DNA from: Podarcis filfolensis
Taxonomy: Eukaryota
DNA: 64,000 nucleotides
Direction: 5' to 3' (one strand)
Assembly: GCA_964270895.1 (NCBI GenBank)
Contig: OZ185442.1
The position numbers were made by a program, and so were the translations under genes. Under the pieces are notes generated by a model, which was given only the letters and a program-made list of their open reading frames with translations, ran no database searches and had not been told where the DNA came from. Shown piece by piece: positions 24,691-38,398 of this stretch. Position 1 is the stretch's first letter. The number at the start of each line of letters is the position of its first letter.

Positions 24691-24822
24691 TAGGGATGGG
24701 GAACTCATGGCCCCCCTGGATGTCTTCGGATTCCAACTCCCATCAGCACAGACCAGCATGGCCAGGGGTGGTGGGGATTATAGTTCAGCAATGTCTGTAG
24801 AGCCACAGGTTCCCCATCCCTA
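24691..24822. mobile_element. short palindromic MITE with perfect 14-bp TIR
   Basis: TAGGGATGGGGAAC ... GTTCCCCATCCCTA. Related internal 'ctcccatc...gatgggag' fragments occur near 13925, 16935, 20510, 35500, 35700 and 57935. Confidence 0.75.
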
Positions 24823-26274
24823 GTGTAACTCCTTGTGGTGCGTAGCTCCTGCCTGTTCTCACACAGCTCCCTACCCAAACACTGGAAAGGCTGTGAATGA
24901 AGGCATAATAAAGAAACTTACAGCTTACCATTGAGCCAAAATGAGCCAAGGAAATGTATTTCTTTATCATAATTGAATTCTCTCCCTATTTGTTTTTTTC
25001 ATTGCTGTTTAATAATTTAGGAGGTAGTGACAATTCGTGTACAACTATGGATATATATTCTAGGCAGTTTTATACCCATTTTGCAAAACAAAGACACAAA
25101 AAAGCACTATTTCTTTGGGCGGAAGAACTGTGCATGTGAATTTTACAGAGGGGTCTTTAATAGAGCTATAGATTTAGCCACACTCGTATGATTGACTGCA
25201 ATATGTGCTGTGTGGATAGGAAGGGGTACTTGCATCTGTGCCTGAGGCCCCAAACATACATTGTTCAATATCATATCATTACATTCTTTTCCAGTTGAAT
25301 AAGTTTGAATTAGACAGTTTGCTGCAACCTGCTGACAAGAGGAAATGAAGTGATCGCCAGTTTTTTAGTGACACATTACATAGCGGGTGTTCAGGATTTG
25401 GGCCTGGCTGCTGAACCTAGTTGTTCGGACCAAGAGAGGTTCCTGTATCAACAGAGTCGGGAAAGGGCCCTCTCACTGCAGTTCCAATCCATGCCCAACA
25501 CCTGAGCCCACCAGCCTTGGCAGGGTTTTGTTCCATAGACATGAGCTGGCCCTATTAAGTACAAGTGAAAAGTATTTAATTCAGGAGAGACTTTATATCC
25601 TCCAAATGTTAGATCATTATTATGGAGTTTTGAAGCCCATTGGGAAAAGTCTACCAATCTTCCTAAAACTCATCTAACTTTCCTCAGCAATCCATTATAT
25701 TTTCCCCCAAAAGAGTAACCCCCAAATTTGCTTTGAATTTTGTTTTAGGCTGTTTTAATCTAAAGACAATTCACTTTTCAAAAGTCTTTTGATACCCCTC
25801 AATAGTCCTCAACTTCTCAGCTGAGAAGGACCTCCCAGTTTGCTTCAGTTCTTGCTTTAGGCAAAATTTCCATAAAAACTCAAACAATGGCTCCCTTCTG
25901 CCTGGTCTTTAGTGGCTACTAACAGTTCTGTCTCTTCCACATATTTTCTCCCAATGCTTCCAAAGTGGAAAAAGCTTCTTCTACTAAGACCAACGGGAAT
26001 TTAATTAGATTGTGGGAATCAGTTGCCTTCTGTTTATTTTCCATCCCTTAGCTTCTCAAACAATATGCTGTTTCAGGCACATCTCTTGAGGGGGATCAGG
26101 TTTTCTTGCCGCTTTTACGCACTGACTGTTTCCATTTAACACACCTTTGTCTGGCTCAGGTACACCTCAAACAGTTGGTATGGAATAGAAACATGACAGT
26201 AATTGCTATGCACATTCTACTCATTTTTTACACACAGCCATAAAATGCCCCAATTACTCTGTCTCTGTAGTATT

Positions 26275-26297
26275 TCTCTCTCTCTCTCTCTCATTCA

Positions 26298-26338
<41 letters not shown>
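26275..26338. repeat. compound microsatellite (TC)9-att-(CA)n-(AG)12
   Basis: Directly visible. Confidence 0.95.
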
Positions 26339-26594
26339 TTCATTTGTGCCAAGAAAAGGAAGTCTTAAAAGACATAACTAAACTTGCCATGATCATTTGG
26401 TACTACTTGACCCACAAGGTGGTAGGGGGCTCTTCATGTTATCTCTAGACCCTGTTGTGACTTATTGCCTCAACCCCCTTTAACAAAATAATACCCTCCA
26501 CTGCAGAAAACTTCTAAAAATAGTATCTAGGATAGTAGACACAAAAGGTAGGGGGCCACCAATTACAATTTGAGTATTAAATTCTGGTAGAACA

Positions 26595-26871
26595 CTAGGG
26601 CTCTGCGGGACTTGACATCCTTCCGCAGGGCCTGCAAGACAGAGCTGTTCCACCAGGCCTTTGGCCAAGGCGCAGTCTGACCCCCTCCTTCTGTAATCCT
26701 CATAGTACTCTAGCCCAATGGTTGCCATTAATTTGATTTTGAATTGATTTTAGAATGAATTGATTTTAGAATGTATTTTAATTAATTGATTGTGATCTTA
26801 TGTAAACGGTGTTATTTTTACTGTTGTTAGCCGCTCTGAGCTTGGCTTCGGCTGGGGAGGGCGGGATATAA

Positions 26872-26925
<54 letters not shown>
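26595..26925 (+). mobile_element. L2 LINE 3' end with (ATT)n tail
   Basis: Encodes RALRDLTSFRRACKTELFHQAFG (L2 ORF2 end), then gttagccgctctgag...gggcgggatataaat and (ATT)n at 26872-26925. Confidence 0.85.
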
Positions 26926-26927
<2 letters not shown>

Positions 26928-27410
26928 GTATGGACATGTTGAATGCCTGCAGCAAATATTTTAGTGGCCCAACCAGTAAAAACATGTTCTGTTAGATAAC
27001 CAGCAGTGGAGTCTGCAAAAAAACAGTAAGCTCCAGATCCTATCAAGTTCAATCCAAGGCTCCACCCTTGATTTACTAGACTCTTTTTTAACTCCATCCT
27101 GACCCAAAGATTCTGCCCTGCCCCACCCCACCCCTGATTCATCGCTGGCTGGTTCCAGCTGCTGCTCCTGCTGGTAGGGAGTAATTTTCAAATCAAAAGT
27201 AGAGAAGACCTGAAACTAGGTGCCTTCTGAGATTTGGCAGTTGAAATGAGAAGCGTTGGTTTTTCTTGGCATCTGCCTGTTTCAGGAGACAATGGAGGGG
27301 TGTGCCTCTGAGGGTGAAGTCAAACTGTTGGAAGGTTGCAGCGTTTGCTGTGGCCGTAGAGACTGACGTGGAACCTTCTGAGATATGACACACACTATTT
27401 CCATTTGTAG

Positions 27411-27761
27411 TAGGGATAGGTGAATCTGTCCATTTTGGTTTCCCTCGGTTTCTCGTTTTTCCATTCTTAGGTCTCCACATTTCCACATCGGTTTGCATTG
27501 TGTTTCTCCCTCCCTCCTTTTTAGAAGCAAGTGCTCATGAAAATTCATCAGTGTTTTACTACAAATTTATCCCAATCTGTATCCTTTATCTTAGTATATT
27601 CCTTTTTGTAGCCATCTTAGCTGGAGAACTGCATTACAGAAACCAGTGAAGTGTGAATTTCAAAGAATGGCTGTTTCTTTTTGCATGTTGTTTTAGAAAA
27701 TAGTGCATTGGGTAAGTTTCCCTTTAAATGCAGATTGGATGAATTTTCCCCTGCATCCTTA
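27411..27761 (-). mobile_element. MITE family A copy
   Basis: Termini tagggatagg... and ...gcatcctta. Internal similarity to 11631-12074. Confidence 0.8.
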
Positions 27762-30700
27762 TTTCTGTAGGAAGTGGATAACGTTGTCCATTTCCAGTTG
27801 GTCTAAGATGGCAGGGCAAGTTCTCCCTATGTGAGATTATGTAGGATTGGCCTTAAAGTGTCTTTGTTATCTAAAAGAGGAGTCACCAGAGATGGTTGGA
27901 AGTCCCTCTTTTGAATGGTGGAGGGTCTACTTAAGGTTCTCCCACTCTTTCACTTGTGCTGTGCCTAGAAAGTCCAAGTGGTTTTCTGCTTGGCATGGGT
28001 CTGAGAAGTTTTCCCATTGCCCTGCTCCTTTCCCAGGGAAAACCCACTCTTTAGTCATAGTTTAAAACAAATGGCAATCCAGGGAAAACCCGAAATGCCA
28101 TTTGCTCCGAATGAGCACTAAAGAGAGCTTTTCCCTGATGAAAAGCATTGGGACAAGAAGAAGTGTGGATAAACCCTTAAACATAGTTGTTTAAAAATGT
28201 GTGCCTCTCACATGGGAAAGGAAAGGAAACTGTCACAGTGTGTTATTTGGGCTCTTATTTAACATGACAGCATCAAAGTAGCACTTGTGTTTTGTACATG
28301 AGGATAATGAGTATGTTTGTGCAGGGGGGTGGAAGAATAACACAAAGCATTTCCCATTTCTCTAAAGAAATGATTAGATGATTACTTGGTGGGTAAACTG
28401 GGATGTAAAGGTATTTGCTTCTCTTTTTACTCTCATCAGCATCTTGTCTTCTGCTATTATAATAGGGGATGATGTATTTGTTCTGCATTGATTCAAACAG
28501 ATTGACATTTGCTGCTTTAAATTATCCATTGTTATCTGTAGCGTGAAGCAGGGAAAGTTTTAGAAACTGGAGTGGAACCTACAGCCCAAAGTGCCGCCAT
28601 TTATTTCAGATCAATGCAAGAAGTTTGGGGAGTTTCCAGGCTGTCCTTATTTCCAGGCTCGATTCTATCACAAATTCAGGCCACACAATTAAAGTGGATT
28701 TGGTGGTGTTGTGCAACAATCCAACCCTCCCAGACCTTCTGCAATAAGAAAAGTGACAGGAAAAGCTTGGTGCAACGGTGTATTAGCTCCCCTCAAACAA
28801 ATCAGAATAAATGCACAATAAATAGTGGCTGTCATATAACCTCCCTGAAAACTTTGCGCAATCAAATATGGCTTAATGTTCCATAAACTGTTGACCTGGA
28901 AATGTCCTGTGTGTCCTCTGCTCCTTCTTGTCCTTGTATTCCAAGTGTGGTCGCACAATCAATTTGTATAGTGGAATTATATTGGCAGTTTTATTTTAAA
29001 TTCATATCCTAATGACCCTAAGATCTCATTCCTCGTCAGTCACTGCCACTTCAGGCCCCATGAACGAATACATTAAATTAAGATTGATTTATTCTTTGCC
29101 TGTCTAAAACATAGCCATTGTGGCTAGTAGCCACTGATAGTCTATCATGAATGTGGCTAGTTTAACCATGTGCCATCCGAAGAAGTACTCTCTATTGTCT
29201 GTCCCAAATATCCCAACACTGAGCTTCATTGGGTAGTCCTGGGTTCTAGTATTGTAAGAGAGCAGAGTTAGGCCCCTGGTTTCTCTGCCTCATGCTGCAA
29301 CCCTCCCCTTCCCACCCCCATGGCATTTGGCCACTGGCCCTTGACATAATTCTACCTCCTCTTAATATGTATGAGGTAATTGGTTTACATATATTTTTTA
29401 TTGCGTCCCATGATTAGAGGGATGTGATGCGTTCAGATATATTATATATTCCTTTAGTTTTATTATATTACAAGGAGCCACGTCCTAAAACAGCCGTTGC
29501 CTTAAACACCTTATAACTTATTCATAGTCTCTTGTCATTGAGAGAATGGTTTAATGGGGCAAGAAATGTCTATATAAAGTTGTATACATTCCGTTTTACG
29601 GGTGATAGTGGTATTATGGTCCATTGAATAAGGGAATTGATTTCATATAGATAAATGTATAGAGGTAGGCAGGGGGAGTGGAGAGGAGGGAAGGGACACA
29701 GAAATCTCTGGGCAAGCTGTTTTCTCATCATCCAATCATCCAAAATCGGTGAACCGCATCACAGCACAACACAAAGGGGGGGTCCATTTCCTCAGGTCAG
29801 GAAGGCTGAAGCTTGGGAAATGGTATGAGAGCTGTTGCTCCAGCAAAAGAACAGCGCATACTGGAAAGTTGTACAGGAGGAGAAGGTTCCACTCATTCAT
29901 GGCTCTCTGTTGGACCCTGATCAGTGGTGGCTGGTGTCCACTGAGGCTTGCAGGGCAGAAGGCAGTAGCTGGAGACAAAGCCCATGAGAGCCAGAGCTAG
30001 CTATTTTTATTTTTGTCCCCACCCTCCTTCCTGCTGAGTTCTACAAGGGCAACATTGAGACTGAGGAGAATGCTCAGCCTGGCTGTAAACAAGGCAGGCA
30101 GGTAGGTAGGGGCTGGCTGATGGTAGACTGGAGTTGATGAGGCAGAACTTCCTTTGTCCTACTGTGGTTTGATAACATCACCACTTATGTGCTGCAGTAG
30201 AACAGCAGCCCACTTACCATGTGGCTTTGTCAGGTTGGGTATGTCAAACCAAATCACCTTATTTGCCACAGACAGACATGGAAGCAGTAGAAAAAATACA
30301 ACTGAGAAATGTAGAGGGGTTGTTGTCCTTTGGTGGGGTGTGTATGAGTACATAGTTTTTCAGACATCTGTGTATGTTCTGGCTCTATGGACCTTTATAT
30401 TTTGCACTTGCAGAAAAACTGGTGTTCGGTATAAAATTGGCCAAAGGAAACCTAAAACCTTTTGACTCCCTCCACCCAAAGCCCAAACGTGGAATACATT
30501 AAGGGGCATATACAAGGTCTTCATCACTTGGCTGCCTTCCTGAGACTGTGCAACACAGGTCAAAGTGTCCTCTGTCATTTGGACTCTAAATTATTCTGCT
30601 TTGGATAGCCTCAAAAGCTATTCAGCTGCTTATTCTTGTGTGGGTGAGTGAGGGGCAATTTTTCTCATGAAAATCAATAAAATATATTTTAAATAAGAAA

Positions 30701-31424
30701 TGAAAGAAAGTCTTCTGTTTGTCTAAGATGTTGCCCTTCAGAGCACACACTGCTGACCTTGATGGACCAGCATGATACTGTCATCAGGGGATAGAAAAGG
30801 TGGGGTACAAATTTACTTGAAGAAATCTGTATCTTGTAACACTCAGTTTGATACTTTAATTTAAGTTGTAAATGCCTTTAAGATGTTTTTGTTTTTGAGA
30901 TATAAAGTGGTTATGGTCTGTCACAAGGATAGAATATAATAATCCCATATATGTCTCTCTCTCACAAAGATCTTCTTGGCTGAAGTGTACAATGATGATA
31001 AATCCATTTCCATAATAATTGTTGGCAAATTTCCTACCAAACATAATTCCTCCATTCAGCAACCCTCAGTTTGTTTGCTATTTTCTAGAGTCAATCATGA
31101 TTGATAAAGTCATTTAATTTGCCATTCTTTAATTGCTGGAAATAGCAAACAGTTGGATATATGGGTCCATATCTATCTATCTTCCTGCTAATTGCTGTTT
31201 TCAGTCATTCTCTCAGCTAGCTATGTACACCAAGCAACATCTTAGAATATTAATCAGTCAATTATATATCTTGGAAAGCAGATTATAAGAACATTTCAAA
31301 GTACTGAATCCTGACAGGATGGTGGTATTGTGGGTTGGTGGTTCCTGGGTCTAGTAAAAGGGTTTGATATCCAGCATCTTTTGAGTTTCTTCCCCTTTTT
31401 TGAATATTTGACCGAGTTTTCATA

Positions 31425-31695
31425 GTGTCCCCTAGCTTATTTTTAAAATTTATTATTACATTTAGATCCCAGTTTTCATGTTGGCATACATGGTTCTGCT
31501 TCCCTCCAGGTAAGTTAGGATGAGAAACTGTGACTGTTCCTTTAGCTTCATGGCTGAGTGGGGATTTGAAGTGAAAGTAGCCTTTAATTTTTTTTCCTAG
31601 CAAAGGGTTAAATTTACCTGCTCTCAAAGGATGGTTGCCAAGGTCCAACAAAAACCCTGATCTCCCAGGTCTTAGTCCAACACTGTGATCACTAT
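31425..31695 (-). mobile_element. old tRNA-derived SINE (Squam3/MIR-like) with internal insertion, degraded
   Basis: gtaagttaggatgagaaactgtgactg..agcttcatggctgagtgggg..tctcccagg tcttagtccaacact. Confidence 0.5.
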
Positions 31696-32223
31696 GATCA
31701 CATTTGCTCTCAATAATTCCATATAATATATTTTGTGTCTTCATTCTGGAGGGCGGAATGTCCCTAATAAACTGTACTTTCACACACAAACATAGTCACA
31801 TTTTAAAAATTGACACTTCAAGTGTCACCTCACCTTGAATGAATCCACGTATCAGGGTTCGAATTGGACAAAGAGTTCAACTTTAAAATGTTTGGAGGGT
31901 AGGAAAGAGCCAAATCAGTCGGTTCATGGAGCTGCACTTTCTTTAGTGTAAACTATTAGCTGTTAAAAGAGATATTTTTTTCCTCTTCTCTCTTCTGGTT
32001 TGATCTGGTGATTCCAGAACATCAAAGGAAAACTTCTGAATCACAGTATCAAAGTGATTTGCAGTGAAAGTGGAATTTCATGTTGTTGTTTTTCTCAACA
32101 AAGGTTAGATTTATCTGATATCAATGGATGGTTGTCAAGGTCTAACAAAAATTCTGAAAATTCAGTTCTTTGGTTTTCCAAAAATGAACAAATGCTATGA
32201 TTAATGACTAGTATGAATCATTA

Positions 32224-32234
32224 TCTCTCTCATA

Positions 32235-32300
<66 letters not shown>
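32224..32300. repeat. compound microsatellite (TC)4-(CA)n-(AG)n
   Basis: Directly visible. Confidence 0.95.
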
Positions 32301-32302
<2 letters not shown>

Positions 32303-35300
32303 CAATGCATTCACCTGTTGATTCTGAATTGATGTGATTCTCTGCCTGACTGAGGTGGAGTGGGAAAGTGGGATGGTTTGAAGAGAGTGAGGTGGTTTTG
32401 AAGTGGGAGGAAACAAGGAAGTGGAAAGGCTTGACCTTGTTGGGAATTTTGCTACTTGCACAGAAGCTATGCTCGAACAACTAGGCCTTTGCTGGCATAC
32501 CCGCCATTTCCTTTCCTCTGTTGCCATTCTCATGACATGACAACTTGCCACCACATTGATACCTAGTTTATGATTACCCTGAAACTTAATAAACGTTAGA
32601 CAGATAATTATGTTTGCTAGATAAAGGGAAGAAGAAGTATTCACACATGCATGATAGATGAAGAGATATGTGTGTATGGGGAGGGGGAGGGAGGTGTAAG
32701 AGCTATGGAACCCTTTGTCAATTATTTGCTTTAGTAGCATTTTACCCATAGCAGAATGAGAAAAAACTGACTACCTGGCATTTTTCAATGACCTTGAGCT
32801 ATCATTACCTTCAGCTCTCTGCAACATCCACTTATAGCCTGCAAAGAGACAGAAGTAAATTAAGACATAAGAAAGCTCTCATCTTCCAGAAATGCTTTCA
32901 AATTCCAGGGCATCACCCTGGAAGTGCCCTATAGGCTGCCATCTGTCATATTTGTAGAAGAAATTTCCCCTCTGGTCAGAGGGGACGTTTCTTGCTTTTT
33001 CTTAAAGTGTGCCTTTTTTTTTTTTTACTTGTTGTCGGGTCTGGTGGCCTGGAGGCTCAGACATGGATGAGCTGAGCAACAGAAGGGTGATTGCCATCAG
33101 TTAATCAGTTGGAAGACGGGATGCACTGCTGTGATGCTAGGCAAAACAAAGTTACAAGCAGGTACACCCTGTCCATCTAGCAGCATTTCCTAAGAACAAG
33201 TTGCTCAGACTGAAGACCCAGGCTGGAGTGGGAGGCTTTGTAGGGCCAGGAGAAACATGTCACATGACACCTGCTGCATTAGTGGAACTTTAGTTCAATG
33301 TCTCCCTCTGGCCATGTTGGAATGCCCTTCAGCTGCCTCGCTCATGAGTAGACCTACTTGCAAGAAGGCTTCCATTTGAAGTGATCCTTTACTTTCCTGC
33401 ATTCGTGCCTTATGTGTGGCACACTGTGTTTACATGGTAAACATCTCAGTTCTTGAGAAACTGCATGCCTGGATGGTAATGATATTGTTTGGTTGAAGTG
33501 CATATGGAACAGATGCACAATCATGCTTTCTTTTTTTCTTTTTCTTTTTTGGAGACCGATTAACCCTAATTGTGCTGTCAAAATAGCTTAATTGTAATGG
33601 CTCCACTGGGAAGATTCGTATTTTTCTCCCCCTCCCTAATTTCTTTTGTTTAATTTACGAAGCATTATTTATTGGTATAATCAAAGCACAAGACAACTTA
33701 CAGCTAATAATTTGTTCAGTGATGTATTGAAATCTCAGCAGAGACACGATAATAATATCCAATATTTATCAGAGGGAGAAATGTAATGAAGTGTGTGTGT
33801 GTGTTTCATGGGTGGAATGGAGAATGGTGAAGTTGTGCATCTACTCTCAAGGACAAAGTGGGAAGGAAAGATGGTGCCTGTTTTAGGAGGTGTTTGTGTT
33901 TTTCAGAAAACAGAGGGTGGAATTAAAAAAAAGAAAAACCCATAAAAGTCAACCTGCATACTCAAAGGGTGTGTTCCCTGTCCAAACAGCAAGGCAAAAT
34001 CAGAAGACATGGTCCAGCCAAAATTTAGCATACTGAGAAGTTCACCTTTGGTTGATGGTGAGGCCACCCCATTACCAATTTCTGACTTCCCAACCAGATT
34101 ATGATCCAAAGTGAAAGGGTGGGTCCTCTCCAATAGTGGTCTCTTTTCTCTGCCCATTGGATGGATGGCCTGTTATGCCCTGCCCCCCCCCAAATGTATT
34201 GAAGTTTTTAGTATTTATTTTTTTATTTTCCTTGGTACAAAACTATGCTGTCTCTGATTCAAAATTTTGTCATAAACAGAGCCAAGAGAATAAACTACAT
34301 TCCACTGAAGCATGAAGAAGGAAACAGGGGACATCAAAAGGATATAAGCTGCCCATGTGGGGACAAAAATGTGTATGAATGAATGTGTTGGAAAATAGCG
34401 AGTCAGGAACATACTTGCTAGCCTCACCCCAAACCTCCAGATGGCCGAGGTCTCACTGGCATTGGGTTGAAGTCCTATTGAGCATAGGCTCTGGACATGC
34501 AATGTGTCATTGCAGAATGGATGGCATGGATCGTATATGAGGAGCATATGAACATTTGGATTTTTGCACATACGGTAGGTCCTATAGGGACAGCTGGAGA
34601 CTGGGATTATAGCCTCTCAGTTTCATGGGAGAGTGTGGGCTAATGGGATAACGATTCTACTGGCATGGGGTGTGTGTGTGGATTTTTTGATATGCAAGTG
34701 ACCTAAACTGTGCAGGCTTCCAGGTGGGATAGGAAACAACAATTTGCTCTTTAGCTGCCATCTGTATTTGTGTTGTGATGGTATCTGTATTCTTCCTTAC
34801 TATTTGATGCTTTGTTGGTTTTATTGTTATGGCTCCTGCTGGTATTAGATTTCTTTGTTTTTTATTGCTTTTGCTTATATTGCTATATTGCTCCTACATT
34901 AATTAGATTCAAAATGTCTACCGATATGCTGATATATATTGTCCTCAATAAATTGCTATTGCTTTCGGGGTTTCTGTGTGCGTTTATTCGGAGCCATTTA
35001 GAATGCAATTGTTTGTGGGAAAGCGTGTTCTCACTAAAGGAGAGCACGTGTTGCGGATGGGGCCTAGCAAGACACCCCATAGTTGCCAGGCAGTATAAGA
35101 TAGAGGGGCCTGGCAAGGATTGGCTGTTTGAGTTGCTGGGATAAAATGGATGTTGCCAATTTGGGGGTGGGAACAGGTTATGTGTGCGTTTATTCGGAGC
35201 CATTTAGAATGCAATTGTTTGTGGGAAACTAGTGTGTGCATTTAAAAACTCGTCTCCCAAACCCCTAACCAGATCACCTGGAAGTTCTATTGATTTCCAT

Positions 35301-35829
35301 GGGAGTGATGGAACCAAATGCTTAACTCTTCCAGTGATATCAAAAAAGGTTTGCATTGTTGAAGAAAAGCCAGTCTGGGCAAGTGAAGCCAGAGAAGTAG
35401 GTACATAGGGACAAAAGGAGCTGCCGTATAGAGTTAGATCATTGGTTCATTTAGCTCAGTATTGTCTACTGCAAGTGGGAGGAAGCCGGCTATGCTTGCT
35501 GGTCTGATGGGAGATGTAGTTCAGCCACATCTGGACGGCCAAAGGTTCTCCACACCTGATCTACTGCGAGTTGCTGTCTTTGCAAGCACTGATGGAGCTA
35601 CCAGGTTTCAGTCAATTTGTGCAATACTCAGCTAAACAGCATTGAAGGCACAGTGTTGGAGGACAGCATACTGAAGCACACTACACCTTGTGTGCAGACA
35701 GAGCTCCCATCAGCCCTAGCAAGAATGGCCAATGGTCAAGGATGTTGGGAGTTGTAGTCTAAAACATCTGGTGGGCATATTGTTGGGGAAGGCTGATTAA
35801 AATACAAGGATGTGGGGCTCCATTCCAAC

Positions 35830-36125
35830 CTAGCAAGCTTGTCTTCTCCTGCCCCAGAGGATAGGACCTGAATCAATGGCTTCAGGTTACAAGAAAGGAG
35901 ATTCCGACTAAACATCAGGGAGAACTTTCTGACAATAAGAGCTGTTTGACATTGGAATGGGACACTGTGGACTCTCCTTCATTGGAGGTTTTAAAGCAAA
36001 GGTTGGATGGCCATCTGCCATTGATGTTTAAGCTGTGATTTCTGCATTGCAGGTGATTGGACTAGATGACCCTTGGGGTCCCTTCCAATTCTACATTTCT
36101 ACAATGCTACAATTCTATTATTCTA
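35830..36125 (+). mobile_element. CR1 LINE 3' end with octamer-type tail
   Basis: aggagattccgactaaacatcagggagaactttctg...ggaggttttaaagcaaaggttggatggccatctg...gggtcccttccaattctacatttctac. Same 3' family as 22650-22880. Confidence 0.88.
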
Positions 36126-37984
36126 AGACCCCCAGACCTAATGAGCTGATGTGCCTTAATCACCTATATTGCCATCACTGGGCCATTGCCATAGCAACCG
36201 GCTTAGTTGACCTTGCACCTGTTGTCTTATCTCAACCATAAGGTGATTTGTGCTCATGAAGGAAATTAACCCCTTCCTCTATGTCCAGTTCCTCCAACGA
36301 TTCTAACTAGTCTCCCCCACCCATGCCCAACAGCATGGGTTAGGACTGCACTGTAACGTAATTAAGAACTCTTATTTCTCTGCATTTCCTTTTTATCTTA
36401 TAATCTGATATAACGATGTTATTTTTAAACTAACGACACTAAATTACATTTTATTTCCTCAACAGCTGCTGATTCTGTGAGACAGGCTGGGTGCTCAGTT
36501 ATCTCAGTAGTGAATGAATCTATTTTTTCAATAGCATTTATGGTAATTCTATATGATGGAGATATCTGGGTGACTCCCAAGGACTAAATGAAAACACAAA
36601 GCAACAAGAATAACAAAGATGCAATTTAGTATTAGAGGCACCTAGAATGAGATGACCACCTCTTTCTCAGGTTAGGATCTACTGCGGGAGGGGAGAAGCC
36701 TCTGAGCATCTATATCTCACTCTCAGGACTCTTCCTCAGACACACACCCTGCTTCCTAGGCACACCTCATAATGGCCCTGCTGTTAACCCTCGAGTGTTT
36801 TTGCCTGGCTGCAATGTAACCTCTTGCTTGCCTGGATGGAGGCTAGACAGGAGCACATGAGTGTGTGTAGAAACTAGCCAACTGCACAATGGTAAAATTT
36901 ACATTAATTGCTTTAGCTGCTTGTGCCTCTGGCCCCACCCAGCACAGGCATGTGGATCACAGAAAGTTGACCAGAAGGGAATGTGGCCTTTGGGCTGCAA
37001 AAGATTTCCATAATTTCTTCACTGTGCAAAGAAATGCTTCATGTTGCCTTGAATTTCCCAACATGCAGCTTGCTTGGATGATTCTGTCCCTTCCCCTGGA
37101 TTCTTGCATTATGAAGAGGCCAGCTTTTCCTCCTCTGACTATTGAGCTGAAAGCTAGGGCTGTGTCTGTGACAGGGTCTGGAAAGAGAGTGATTCATTCA
37201 TCTGTGGATTGCAAAAATGGAAACTTGTAAGCAACATGCCACATGAAGCCTACCTGGAGCTGTGCACACGAGCAAGTTGATCAACATGATCTTTCTTTTT
37301 TAGCATACAAAGAAGAGAGGAAGTAATCACTTTCCAAAACATCAGTGGAGCTTACAGACTTGTAGCACAAAACAGATCAATATAAGTAAGTAGATCATAA
37401 ACAAATGAGGGGGGGAGGGATGATCATATTCCCTCATAATTTTAATGTACACCAAAATAACTTCTGCACTTTGACACGTGAGTGGCTGGAGCACAGGGCA
37501 CTTCTTCCATTTAGCTTATATAAATGATAAATTGATACCGCACCCAATCAAAATGGTACTTTTAGTGCCCCCCAGAAGCACTCTAGGATGGTGGGTGAGA
37601 TGCTCTGAGAGTGCTTGAAACCTACCTGTTGGCAATGGAAGAGTAGAATATTTCTAGTGCCTAGCCACTGTCATTCTGGTGGCTGCCAAGAGCAAAGATA
37701 CAAATGTTTTCTGTTTGACTTCAGGATTCTAGGATCATTTCCAGAGATAGCGGCGCTAAAGAGGGGCCTCAAACAAGAGTTTTACCTGCAATAGCATATA
37801 ATGGAGGAAAGACTTAAGACCACAAATGCCAAATCTCCCCACATTCCCACCACATATGGAAGAAGGCACTTCTAGATCACACTTAAGATGATTATATACT
37901 AATCTACATGACCTACTATGTCAGAGTAGGGGGATCCAACTGTGAAAATTGCTTATCAATATTTGTTGACAAACATTCCCAAAC

Positions 37985-38320
37985 TATTGTTTTATTTATT
38001 TATTTTATCATTAAGATTGAATGTACCACTTGACTGTAAAAACAACCACCTCAAAGTGGTTTAATAAAATAATGATATTATTAATAAAAACAGTAAAAAA
38101 ACACCAATTTGTAGAACATTGAAACCAGCTTAAAACATATATTAACATTCTACATATCCAGGTAGGCTTGCCTAAACAAAACTGTTTTTATCAGGTGCCA
38201 AAAAGGGATACAGTGAAGGTGCCTGACCAATGTCAGTATGGAGGGAGTTCCAATTTGTGGGTGCTGCCCACTAAAAGAGTAATTTCTCACAAATGCAGAA
38301 GTAATATGTGGTATCTGCAA
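37985..38320 (-). mobile_element. L2 LINE 3' fragment
   Basis: (TTTA)n tail, aaagtggttta, then ggagggagttcca...gggtgctgcc (reverse of 'RAFS..AP.LWNSLP'). Confidence 0.6.
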
Positions 38321-38351
38321 CACTTCCAGTTCCATAGACCATGATGCTAGG

Positions 38352-38353
<2 letters not shown>

Positions 38354-38390
<37 letters not shown>

Positions 38391-38398
38391 TGTGTGTG
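38354..38398. repeat. (GT)n microsatellite
   Basis: Directly visible. Confidence 0.95.

Noticed and set aside
32201-32749. 182-aa ORF with an LSLSLS run
   Set aside because: It is held open by the (GA)n/(CA)n microsatellite, with no other coding signal.
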